DNA of 64,000 bases from positions 104,658,001-104,722,000 of the forward strand of contig NC_086107.1 in NCBI RefSeq assembly GCF_963921235.1, given 5' to 3'. Origin of the DNA: Mobula hypostoma. Lineage: Eukaryota. Shown one piece after another: positions 1-11,250 of this stretch. Numbering within the stretch: the stretch's first letter is position 1; every line of letters begins with the position of its first letter. The translations under genes were made by a program, and so were the position numbers. The notes under the pieces were generated by a model, which was given only the letters and a program-made list of their open reading frames with translations, did no database searches and was not told the DNA's origin.

Positions 1-1843
1 GAAGTGGCAGACGAGCTGAACAGGTAGTTTGGATCTGTCTTCACTAGGGAAGACACAAACAATCTCCCAGATGTAATAGTGGCCAGAGGATCTAGGGTAA
101 CGGAGGAACTGAAGGAAATTCGCATTAGGCAGAAAATGGTGTTGGGCAAACTGATGCGACTGAAGGCTGATAAGTCCTCAGGACCTGATGGTCTGCATCC
201 CAGGGTACTTAAGGAGGTGGCTCTAGAAATCGAGGATGCATTGGTAATCATTTTCCAATGTTCTATAGATTCAGGATCAGTTCCTGCGGACTAGAGGGTA
301 GCTAATGTTATCCCACTTTTTAAGAAAGGAGGGAGAGAGAAAACAGGCAATTATAGACCAGTTAGTCTGACATCAGTGGTGGGGAAGATGCTGGAGTCAA
401 TTATAAAAGATGAAATAGCGGCATATTTGGATAGCGGTAGCAGGATAGGTCCGAGTCAGCATGGATTTACGAAGGGGAAATCATGCTTGACTAATCTTCT
501 GGAGTTTTTTGAGGATGTAACTATGAAAATGGACATGGGAAAGCCAGTGGATGTAGTGTACCTGGACTTTCAGAAAGCTTTTGATAAGGTCCCACGTAGG
601 AGGTTAGTGGGCAAAATGGCACATGGTATTGGGGGTGAGGTACTGACATGGATAGAAAATTGGTTGGCAGACAGGAAACAAAGAGTAGGGATTAACGGGT
701 CCTTTTCAGAATGGCAGGCAGTGACCAGTGGGGTACCGCAAGGCTCGGTGCTGGGACTGCAGCTATTTACAATATACATTAATGATTTAGATGAAGGGAT
801 TAAAAGTAACATTAGCAAATTTGCAGATGACACAAAGCTGGGTGGCAGTGTGAAATGTGAGGAGGATGTTATGAGAATGCAGGGTGACTTGGGACAGGTC
901 GGGTGAGCGGGCAGATGCATGGCAGATACAGTTTAATGTGGATAAATGTGAGGTTATCCACTTTGGTGGCAAGAACGGGAAAGCAGATTACTATCTGAAT
1001 GGTGTCAAGTTAGGAAAAGGGGAAGTACAACGAGATCTGGGTGTCCTTGTTCATCAGTCACTGAAAGTAAGCATGCAGGTACAGCCGGCAGTGAAGAAAG
1101 CTAATGGCATGTTGGCCTTCATAATAAGGGGAGTTGAGTATAGGAGCAAAGAGGTCCTTCTGCAGTTGTACAAGGCTCTGGTGAGACCCCACCTGGAGTA
1201 TTGTGTGCAGTTTTGGTCTCCAAATTTGAGGAAGGACATTCTTGCTATGGACGGAGTACAGCGCAGATTCACTGGTTTAATTCCAGGGATGGCGAGAATG
1301 TCATATGTTGAAAGATTGGAGCGATTGGGCTTGTATACACTGGAATTTAGAAGGATGAGAGGGGATCTGATTGAAACATATTAGATTATTAAGGGATTGG
1401 ACACACTAGAGGCAGGAAACATGTTCCGGATGTTTGGGGGGGGGGGGGTCCAGAACCAGAGGCCACAGTTTAAGAATAAGGGGTAGACCATTTAGAATGG
1501 AGTTGAGGAAAAACTTTTTCACACAGAGGGTTGTGGATCTGTGGAATGCTCTGCCTCAGAAGGTAGTGGAGGCCAATTCTCTGGATTCTTTCAAGAAAGA
1601 GTTAGATAGAGCTCTTAAAGATGGACTCAAATGCAAGAGGTACTAGAAATATAGAATGCACATCAGCATTATTGAAGAGTTAAATATTAAAAGCAGCAGA
1701 CTTGGCAGTTACTTGGAGTCAAGGGATATGGGGAGAAGGCAGGAACGGTACTGATTGTGGATGATCAGCTATGATCACAGTGAATGGTGATGCTGGCTCG
1801 AAGGGCCAAATGGCCTACTCCTGCACCTATTGTCTATTGTCTA
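1..1843 (+). mobile_element. CR1/HER1-type LINE, ORF2 RT and 3' end (runs off window start; frameshifted)
   Basis: ORF fragments 79-294, 376-906, 884-1384 and 1434-1646 carry CR1 motifs (KSSGPDGLHPRVLKE, YLDFQKAFDKV, GVPQGSVLG, KFADDTKL, RPHLEYCVQFWSP). The 3' end is GGCTCGAAGGGCCAAATGGCCTACTCC followed by a CTATTGT repeat tail. Confidence 0.95.
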
Positions 1844-3529
1844 AAGCCTGCACACAATTTACTCAAAAGTAGGATTAAAATATCATGTTATCTTGTGTTG
1901 GGTAATTTACGGAAAATGAGTTATTAGTTAACAGAGGTTTTTGAAATGCATTTTTTGGCTAAAAGAATGCATTCTTTTAATAGAAATTAATGGAAACAAT
2001 TGCATTGTTAATATATATCATTTGGTTTATGTAGTTGAATGTTGCTTCGGTTGGATTTCTTGGCTGAGTGCATTCCTATTTTGCAGATAATACTGGACAC
2101 CACATGTTACGCAGTTGTCCTCAGATCTATTATTAATGCAACGGCTTTGGAGCTATTGTCTGAACTTGTTCTATACTTTTTCAGTCAAGGGTTCAGGGTT
2201 GGCAGAAACACTCAGGTTTAATTAAACAAGACAACACACGTGTAAATGTAATGGACATGGTGATAAGCTAAAAAGTAGTGAATGTTCATTGTTTGTTTCT
2301 GAAAGAACTAAGTTTTGTGATAGTGTTTTTCTGGGATCATTGTATCAGGCTAATATTGTTTGCCTGAAAATAATACATAGTGTGACATTATCAATGCCAC
2401 ATTGCTTTCCCTGGGTTCAAATATGACTTGACCATGTGGTCGTTGTGTGATATAAACCATTGTTTGTGTTGCACATCTGGAGGATGTGGTTAAGTTTTAA
2501 ATAGGATGTACTCAAACGCAAGAGGTACTAGAAATATAGAATGCACATCAGCATTATTGAAGAGTTAAATATTAAAAGCAACAGACTTGGCAGTTACAAA
2601 TTGATCAATGAAATTCCAACATTTCTGTATTTATTATGAATTTTTCTTTTTTTTTTGGAGTAGTTTGTGTTGAATACTGATCAAGTGCTTTTTCAGTTTC
2701 ATCCTTGGGGATGTGAGGAAATTTAACTCAATTTTTAAATCATCCTTTCTTTTTGGAAATGTCCATTGTTCTTGAGTATATTACATGATTAATGTGAATC
2801 TACATGAATGTGCTCAGTCTTGCTCTGATAGTGGAGTTTGCACTTTGGTCAGGGTGAATAAACTCTTCTGTTCAACTTGTTGTCAGCTGCTCAAATGCTG
2901 GAACTAGTATGTTTGCAGTTAGCTAAGTACGCCATCTTTCTTCACAAGGAAGATAATGGCCTATCATAAATGTGGTTGCTTCTGAGACTTTGAATTCTAT
3001 TAGCAGTAGTTAGCTATCAAACAGCATTGTGTAAAAAAAGGTTTCCCATGTGCTATGAGCAGCAGAGAACTAACAAATGTAATGCGGGAGAGCTCTGACA
3101 CACTCTCCCAGTCCACAGATGGCAGAACCAATTGCAACATTCCTAATGTCATGTCAAGTAACTCGGTACAAAGTAGCTTTCTTTCACTATTGAAATCTTT
3201 TGGTTAGGGTGACACATTTGAATTCTTTTAACTAAATGAATCTCTGGGGAAGTATTATGCAGTTGTTTTTGGAATGGTTGAAGTAACAATGTTATAACTC
3301 TAACAAGTTATAGTAGATTCTTCATGTCCACCAAGTAATGTATTGATCTCAGAAGCAAGTGCTATGAAGAGAGTTTATTGATGCTTTGAGATTCGAAATG
3401 TGATCAGTCTAAGTTTTATATTTGTGTTGTTTAGCAAGAAGCTGAAAAATGAGAGGATATGAGATGCAAATGTCATCTTGAGAAGGGCCTAGGTAATCTC
3501 TTATTAACCTAATAGAAAATATTCTGTAA

Positions 3530-3969
3530 CCCCTCCCAACCATTGAGCACATCTACATGAAATGCTGCCCTAGAAAAGCAGCATCCATCCTCAAAGATCC
3601 TCACCACCCAGGCCATGCTGTTTTCTTGCTGCTGCCATCAGGTAGAGGTACAAGTGCCTCGGGACTCACACCAACAGTTACTGCCCGTCAGCCATCAGGC
3701 TCTTGAACAGAAGGGACTAACTATACTCATTCTATTTCTGGTGTTCCTACAACTGATAGTCTCACTTTAAGGACTCTTTATCTTGTTATTTCATCCTCTC
3801 GTTATTTATTGCTATTTATTTGTATATACATTTACACATTTGGTTGTCCTTTGATCCTGTTTACAGTTACCGTGCTATAGATTTGCTAAGTGTATTCATA
3901 GAAAAAGAATCTCAGCATTGTATGTGGTGACATTTGTGTACCCTGAAAATAAATTTTACTTCGAACTTC
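3530..3969 (+). mobile_element. Rex1/Babar-type LINE 3' fragment
   Basis: Decayed C-terminal coding (..ASILKDPHHPGHAVFLLLPSGR..) and a 3' UTR ending AATAAATTTTACTTCGAACTT, homologous to the 58586-61764 element. Confidence 0.8.
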
Positions 3970-5804
3970 AGTTGTTACTTCTGCATCTGCATGTGATCTT
4001 GACTTCAGATGTTTATCAAATCAGAAGTGGCTATGAATGGCCTGTTGTATGTGTTGTTCCTTGTTTAATAAATGTTGTTTCATCGTTTAAACATAGAAAA
4101 TTTGTTATCAGTGAAGTTTTATATGATTTTAGACTTGAATGTGAATCCTCCTGGCTGCTTATCTCACACTATAGGTGATTTAAATATCTTGAGTACAAAA
4201 AGCTTCTAGAATGATGCAAATCTTGGATTCTGAGTATTACCTTTGTAGTGTATCAAATCTGGCATGGCTAGAATCCACATGGAAATGCACTTGCACAACT
4301 TGTTCACATTTGGGTAGAAGAGTTCTTTCAGTGCTGAGCTTAGCTTCTATTTTACAGTAAGCCTGAGTGCTTGGGTGAGTAATATATAGTACATGATGTA
4401 GTATTTATCAAATAGAATGAATGAAAGACATTCTTGGAACCTCCCTCTCCATCCCAAACAAGATTTACTCTTATTTCCATAATTGAAAACAAATTTTAAA
4501 TAAATTACCTTTTTTAAAAAAAATGACAAGTGAATGTGTACCTGCATTTTGTGGTGTAAAATGCTCAATATAGTACACTACTTTGATCTGTGAGAGAAGT
4601 TTGTGACAGATATAGTCAGCTGCTAAAATTTTGAATATCTTTCATATGTAGCAATTTTAAAGTAAAAGATTGGATGAAATGAAGGTTTTGTACTTGTGAT
4701 AGGACGGACCATTGTGGATGGGCATTGCAATGACTTGTGTTATAACTTGGCCTTGCAATGTGTCAGACTTAACTACAAATGAAATATTTGAAAATGATGT
4801 TGTGAAATTAAATCCACTTTATTTTAGAGAAGTGAGATATGCAGGTAATGATGTAGAACAGTTATATTGACTAGAAACCTATGGTTTCAATTCTTGAACT
4901 TTATTCGATAGCTGATCATAACTGAGGTGGCTGGAAGGTAAATTGTATGGAAAATTGGCTTGGTGGTGTGAATCATTTGTGTAAGGTGGTGGAGGATCTT
5001 ATGGCCCACTTGTGAATTTCATTTACCTCTGTGGCCCTCACCCTCCATAGTCTCTATCACTGAAGTATTTTTTGTTCAACTGTACTAATATTCTAATATT
5101 CAATATGTATGTTTTAATAGGTTACAGATGCATTACATGTGTATATGAAAATTAAAGCTATTTCTAAATTCTGAATAGGATACTTGCAGTATATATAATA
5201 TTCTTCCAACCAGCGACGTAAAAGCACTAAATATTCTTACTCTGGATTTAGTGAGGCCCTTGCAACTGATGCAAGCTAGCAAGTTTTTGAATATCTGGTT
5301 TCAGATAATAACTTCATTAAAGATAATCGAAGATCACCTCTTATTACAACATCAAGATGGTTGCAAGCTTTTAAAAGCAGATGAAGAGCTTAACTAAATT
5401 CACATTAAACTAGGTAAGGGGTGGGAAATCCAATTAAAAACAACTTTGCTTACTACATTTGAATTTTGCTTGAACTGTTAAATCACTCTGCAGCTCAATA
5501 AGACATTCTTTTAATGTGGTGTCAACATCATTCACATTCACCCCAAATAGATCCAGTACCCAATCTGGAAAACGCAAAATCTAAACTGAAATTCCATGTA
5601 AGTATGCAGTTGTTTCAAATGATCAAATAATTAAAGAAAATTTTAAAGAATACATTTGTGTATAACTATGTGTGTCTATATATCAGTATTGAATACAAAT
5701 GTAAAAATAAAACTAGCTTTTTAGGCAGTTTTAAAAAATTTTGGGCAAATATTTTTTTAAAAATCCTATTATACAGCATTATATATGCATATTCTATGTG
5801 GCAG

Positions 5805-5857
5805 TAAAGAGCGTGTACTCACCAAGAACAGCAAATCGAACTTCCTTTCAAAATATG
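5805..5857 (+). other. Candidate host exon ending in ATG
   Basis: GGCAG| ... AAAATATG|GTAAGT. Strong donor, weak acceptor. Supported by splice motifs only. Confidence 0.25.
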
Positions 5858-6299
5858 GTAAGTATCAGGAATTTAATGGAAACACGAGGAAATCTGCAGA
5901 TGCTGGAATTTAATGGAAGTTTTTTGGTAGATAGTGATGCAGTGGTAGATTTCATGCATTCTCGCCTTTGCAGTTTAGCTGTTTCTGGCAGATGGCCCCA
6001 TTGCAGTCACTACAGCTGCCTTGCCACGTTTTATAAGTATTATAACATGCACGGGTCAATGGAAGGTAAGCAGAACCAGTCTCCTGCTGTATGCTCACTG
6101 ATTGGCCCCGCTCAGTTTGTAATTTGGGGGTGAAAGTTTAGTAGGGATTAACAGGCTGCCTTTGAGGGTGTGAATTTGTGTGTGGTCAAGCAGGAGCAGA
6201 GATAATGATTGAAGCTCCTGTGGCCTCTAGTTGCTTGTTTTTTACTTGTGAAACCTGGCATGGCCCACTTTGAAAACTACTGGTCTAGATTAACTGGGA

Positions 6300-7105
6300 A
6301 AGTGGGCCAAGAAATGGTAGATGGAATTTAACTGTGACATGGGTGAAGTACTGCCTTTTAGAGAGTTAAATCAGGTCTGGATATGCACAGTAAGTGCCCT
6401 GAAAAGTGATGTAAAACAGAGGGATACTGGGTACATGTACCTAGTTCCGTGAAAATGGCAACACAGATAGACAGTGACAAACACTGTGTTTAGCACATTG
6501 GTCAGGGCTTTGAGTACAATTGGAGACGCTATGTTACAACTTCGTGATATTACTGAGACCACGCTTGGAGTATTCTGTGCAGTTTTGTTGCTAAATTAGA
6601 AGAATATTGTTTTAAGCTGGAAAATATTCAGAAGAATGTTATCAGGGCTTGAGTCTGTGATTTATGAAGAGAGGCTGGATAGGCTAGCTTTTTTTTCCCC
6701 TGGATTATAAGAGGCTGAGCAGTGACGTTAGAAGGATAATAAAATCAGAAGGGATATGGATAAAGTCACGGTTGTCTTTCCAGATTCTAAAACTAGAGGG
6801 TATAGTTTAAGGTGAGAAAGGTAAGCTTCCTTCCAGGTTGGTAGATATGTGGAATAAGCTGCCAGAGGAAGCTAGAGGTAGTAAAATCACAAGACATTTT
6901 GACTGGTACATCAATCAGAAAGGTTTAGAGCAGGGCTTCCCAGCCTCCTTTATGCCATGGAGCCTTATCGTTAACCAAGGGGGTCTATGGAGCCCAGGTT
7001 GGGAATCCCTGGTTTAGAGGGATATGGGCCTAACACAGACAAATGGGACCAGCTTGGCAACTTGGTTTTCATGGACAGGTTGGCCCGAACTGCACATTTC
7101 TATGC
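6300..7105 (+). mobile_element. Old CR1 LINE 3' fragment, interrupted by a hAT MITE
   Basis: Degenerate CR1 RT C-terminus (GACCACGCTTGGAGTATTCTGTGCAGTTTTG) and CR1 3' UTR. Confidence 0.8.
6931..7011. mobile_element. 81 bp hAT (Charlie/MER5-like) MITE
   Basis: TIRs CAGGGCTTCCCAGCCT and AGGTTGGGAATCCCTG. Perfect 8 bp TSD GTTTAGAG at 6923-6930 and 7012-7019. Confidence 0.9.
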
Positions 7106-7164
7106 ATCCAACGCCTGTTCTATGGGTTTGAGTCCGTGAGTCACCAATATTGACTATAATAGTT

Positions 7165-7485
7165 TATTCGTTTTGTGCCATATTGTCAGATGTAGGCAGT
7201 CATGGTCTTTCCATGATCATGATGTTCTTGGCAAATTTTTGTACAGAGGTAGTTTGCCATTACCTTCTGGGCAGTGTCTTTACAAGATAGGTGATCCCAT
7301 CCATTTTCAGCTCTTCAGAGGGTGTCTGCCTGGTGTCAGTGATCGCATAACCAGGACTTGTGATGTGCACCAGATGGTCATACAACCATTCACCACTCTG
7401 ATCGAGGGGCTAAGCAGGTACCACAGCCGGGTGGAAGGAAAGAGTGCCTTACACCTTTTGGTAGAGACACATCTCCACTCTGCCA
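7165..7485 (-). mobile_element. Non-autonomous SINE-like element with an RTE-type GAAGGTAATGGCAAAC motif
   Basis: The minus strand contains GAAGGTAATGGCAAACTAC..TTTGCCAAGAA, resembling RTE/Bov-A-type elements. The family is assigned from recall only. Confidence 0.5.
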
Positions 7486-9864
7486 AAGGACATTATAATT
7501 GGGAAAGGTTAAATCAGGCAGTGTTTCCATTCCTGGGAACTAACTGGTAATACTTCTGCAGGAATGTATGTGCATGTGCACATGTGTTTACAGATAATGA
7601 AGTACCACGTGTTCCTATTTTGGTAGAAAAGTAGCATGAAGTGCCGTGTTAAATTGTACCACAGTTCTGAGTGTACTACCTATGGTTGTATTATCAAATA
7701 AAATGAATATAATTTTTTTTTGTAACCTTTCCCTTCACCCTTCTCCATTATGACTCGGGGGAAAATGTGCTCTGCAATACTATTGATTAGACTGTTGATA
7801 TTATATGTTTATATTTAAAAATGTTTGAATTATCAGAAATTTCTGTCAACTAATAAACCGGAGCTAAAAGACTGGACTATGAGAAAAAGAAATCTGGAGG
7901 AAAGAAGAGTGTAAACGAGCAAATAAAACATTTTTTCATTCTAAAACATTGGAATTGTAAATACTTCTAGCAGTTTTGCAGATATACTGGGGACTGGAGT
8001 GGTGGTGCACCTATCTCATGCATATATTTTAATAAACACAACTTTTGCAGATATAGAGAAATGAAAATACTTTGACTTATGGAAAATAGCCATTGAAATT
8101 ACCTGAACATTTTCACACTGGGGACTTCAGTAGCTTTTTAGGAAATATTACTGAAAATTATCCTGTCAGATAAAATCCAAAGCACTTGGATTTTGCTTTT
8201 TTTAAAAAAAAACATTATGTAGTTTTACATGGCAGTATGAATGCTTTATCAAATGTCATTATGCCAGTGGTATGGCAACATTTTAAAGTATTTAACAGTC
8301 TGACCACTTCATATTTATATTGCACCTGTTAGCATTTCATTTGATGGTGAATACGTTACATTATACCGATCATGGCCCTGTTGCCTGAAAACTTTCAGAT
8401 CTGTGTTTGATCTCTATGGATTAAGCTTGTTGGATCATTCAACTAGCCTGAATATCTCAGTTGGAAATGAGAGAATTTGAGCCAAATATTCAGGTTTTAT
8501 TTACTCTCGAATTGTCCTGATGCATGATATTAGCTGTTGAGTGCAAATTGTTCTAGATGTGATAATCCACTATAGAGTAATCTCTTGTCATTCATTTTTT
8601 AAATTTTCAGGCAGAGGTGGTGTTTATGCAGAATTCTGCATCACCATATACAATAAATTTTGTCAAACTCTGATTACCTGCTACAGCAACAGGAATGTGG
8701 TACTGGAGGTAGCTATCTTAGAAGTGTCGTAGTGAGACCGGGGCTTGAATTGGCTGTGGGAGGAGATGAGAAATGAGTGAGGTGGTGCCTGTGAGTAGCA
8801 GGTTTTGAGCCTGGCATGATTACATTTGTCTTGCTTTGATACCTGTAACTGGACTACTAGTTTTCAAATTGCATAGGTGGCTACTTGAAGTGAGTCAGGG
8901 CAATGTGAGGCATTCAGAAAGGAGATCCAAAGATTTTGTAAGTGGACTGTGAAATCTAGAACTCCCTGGATGATTCTACATAGAAATGAAGGATAAAGGG
9001 AAACTTGTTGGACAAATATATTGGTATTGTAGGAGGCAGAGAAGATTATAGGAAATAGAGAGGTGAAATTAAAAGTGGACATTGGGAGAGCAAAGGGAGG
9101 GCGTAAAAGTACTGGCAAATAAGATGAATGAAAATACAAAGACGTTTTGCAGTTATATCAAAATCAAAAGGATAGCAAAATTAAAAAAAAAACCTACTGG
9201 AGATTTTACATGGTGATATCTGTTTGGAGGATTTGGAAGATAAGGACAAGTTTCACAGTAGTTTGTAGTTATCTTTACAAAAGTGGGATAATGATGCTGT
9301 AGGAGGAAATGGGCGACTTAATGAATAAGATTGAAGTACTGGATTGGACAAACACTGAGGAAGAATGTAAAGGGTTAGCATCTTTGAAAATGGAAAATTC
9401 ACTGGGCCTAGATTAATTTTATCCCAGGCTGTTAAAAGAAGCAAGGGAGGAAACTGCAGAACAGTATTTTTCAGTCCTCCCTGGTGACGGGTATTCTGGT
9501 AGACGAATGGGGGCCTGCCAAGATTGTAATGTTTAAAAAGGAATAGGAAATAATTCAAGTCACTATAGGTCAATTAGTTTAACCTTGTAATAAACAAATT
9601 ATTTGAATCAATTGTGAATAAATTTTAAAATTCATTTAGAAAAGTGCAGGTTAATCTCTTAGGATAGATTTATTAAGGAAACATTGTGCCTAAATTTTTG
9701 TGTGAGGAGCAAATAGAGGATTAATAGTTTTTGAAAAGATTCCACAAGTCTTGAATAAAATCACAGGCTGCCAGAAAGAAAGATAAATTGGATCCAAAGT
9801 TGGTTCAGTGGTAGTAAGCAAAAAGCAAGGGCTGATGAGTTGTAGCAACTAAAATGTTTTATTA

Positions 9865-10461
9865 ATAGTCATAGTCATACTTTATTGATCCCGGGGGAAA
9901 TTGGTTTTCATTACAGTTGCACCATAAATAATAAATAGTAATAAAACCATAAATAGTTAAATAGTAATATGTAAATTATGCCAGGAAATTATGAAATAAG
10001 TCCAGGACCAGCCTATTGGCTCAGGGTGTCTGACCCTCCAAGGAGGAGTTGTAAAGTTTGATGGCCACAGGCAGGAATGACTTCCTATGACGCTCAGTGC
10101 TGCATCTCGGTGGAATGAGTCTCTGGCTGAATGTACTCCTGTGCCCATCCAGTACATTGTGTAGTGGATGGGAGACATTGACCAAGATGGCATGCAACTT
10201 AGATAGCATCCTCTTTTCAGACACCACCGTGAGAGAGTCCAGTTCTATCCCCACAACATCACTGGCCTTACGAATGAGTTTGTTGATTCTGTTGGTGTCT
10301 GCTACCCTCAGCCTGCTGCCCCAGCACACAACAGCAAACGTGATAGCACTGGCCACCACAGACTCGTAGAACATCCTCAGCATCGTCCGGCAGATGTTAA
10401 AGGACCTCAGTCTCCTCAGGAAATAGAGACGGCTCTGACCCTTATTGTAGACAGCCTCAGT
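9865..10461 (-). mobile_element. Rex1/Babar LINE, 5'-truncated, inserted in old CR1 debris
   Basis: Open ORF 10021-10488 (KGQSRLYFLRRLRSFNICRTMLRMFYESVVAS..ERHRKSFLPVAIKLYNSS). AATAAA and an (ATGACT)n tail on the minus strand. Confidence 0.9.
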
Positions 10462-11250
10462 CTGAGGCTTAATGAGGCTTAGTGACAAAAAAAAAAGCGG
10501 AACGTTTTAAATTGCAGAAAGGTGAAGAAAGTCTGATCAACGGAGCAAAATGGAATTCAGTACTGAGAAGTATGAGCTACTGCATTTGGAGGTGTGATGG
10601 AACATAGAGACCTTGCATTGTATGTCCACAGTTCTTTAAAGGTAGCAGGACAGGCTGAGCAGTTGATCAGCAAAATAGAAAATGCTCCACATGTTGGACA
10701 ATATCTGTTGAAAGGGAAATGAAATTAACATTGCAGGTCAAAAATCCTTCGTAGAACTGCTGTTAATAGATGAAGTTAACTGATCAATTTAAATTCTGAT
10801 TAAAGGGTCTTAACATGAATATTAACTATTGTCTTCTTTCTTTCTGCAAATGGTACTTGACTGGTGAGTATTTCTATTTTCTTTTCAGATTTCCAGTATC
10901 TGCAGATTTTAAATTTCGTTTACTGATTAGGTGGTTTGGACGGACATATGGAATGTGGTTCTTCATTTGCCTGGCCATAGAATGTAAGAACAAGTCGGTT
11001 ATGAAAGAAGTGCATGAGAGACCAGTTAGACATCGCCTTGCGTACTGCATACACTTTTGGGGAATTACATTATAGGAGACATTGCACTGGAAAGACTGCA
11101 GAGGAAATTTACAACAATGTTGCAGGCTAGGAAAACTTTAGCTATCATGTTGATTGGATAGGCTGGGGTTGTCTTTGGAAGAGGAGGATAAGGAGAGATT
11201 TAGCTGAAGTGTATACAATTACAGGGAGCTAAGTAAATGGGAAGAATATG

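Noticed and set aside
570..920. Antisense ORFs over CR1, Rex1 and PLE elements (this one and many others)
   Set aside because: They are shadow frames of retroelement coding sequence.
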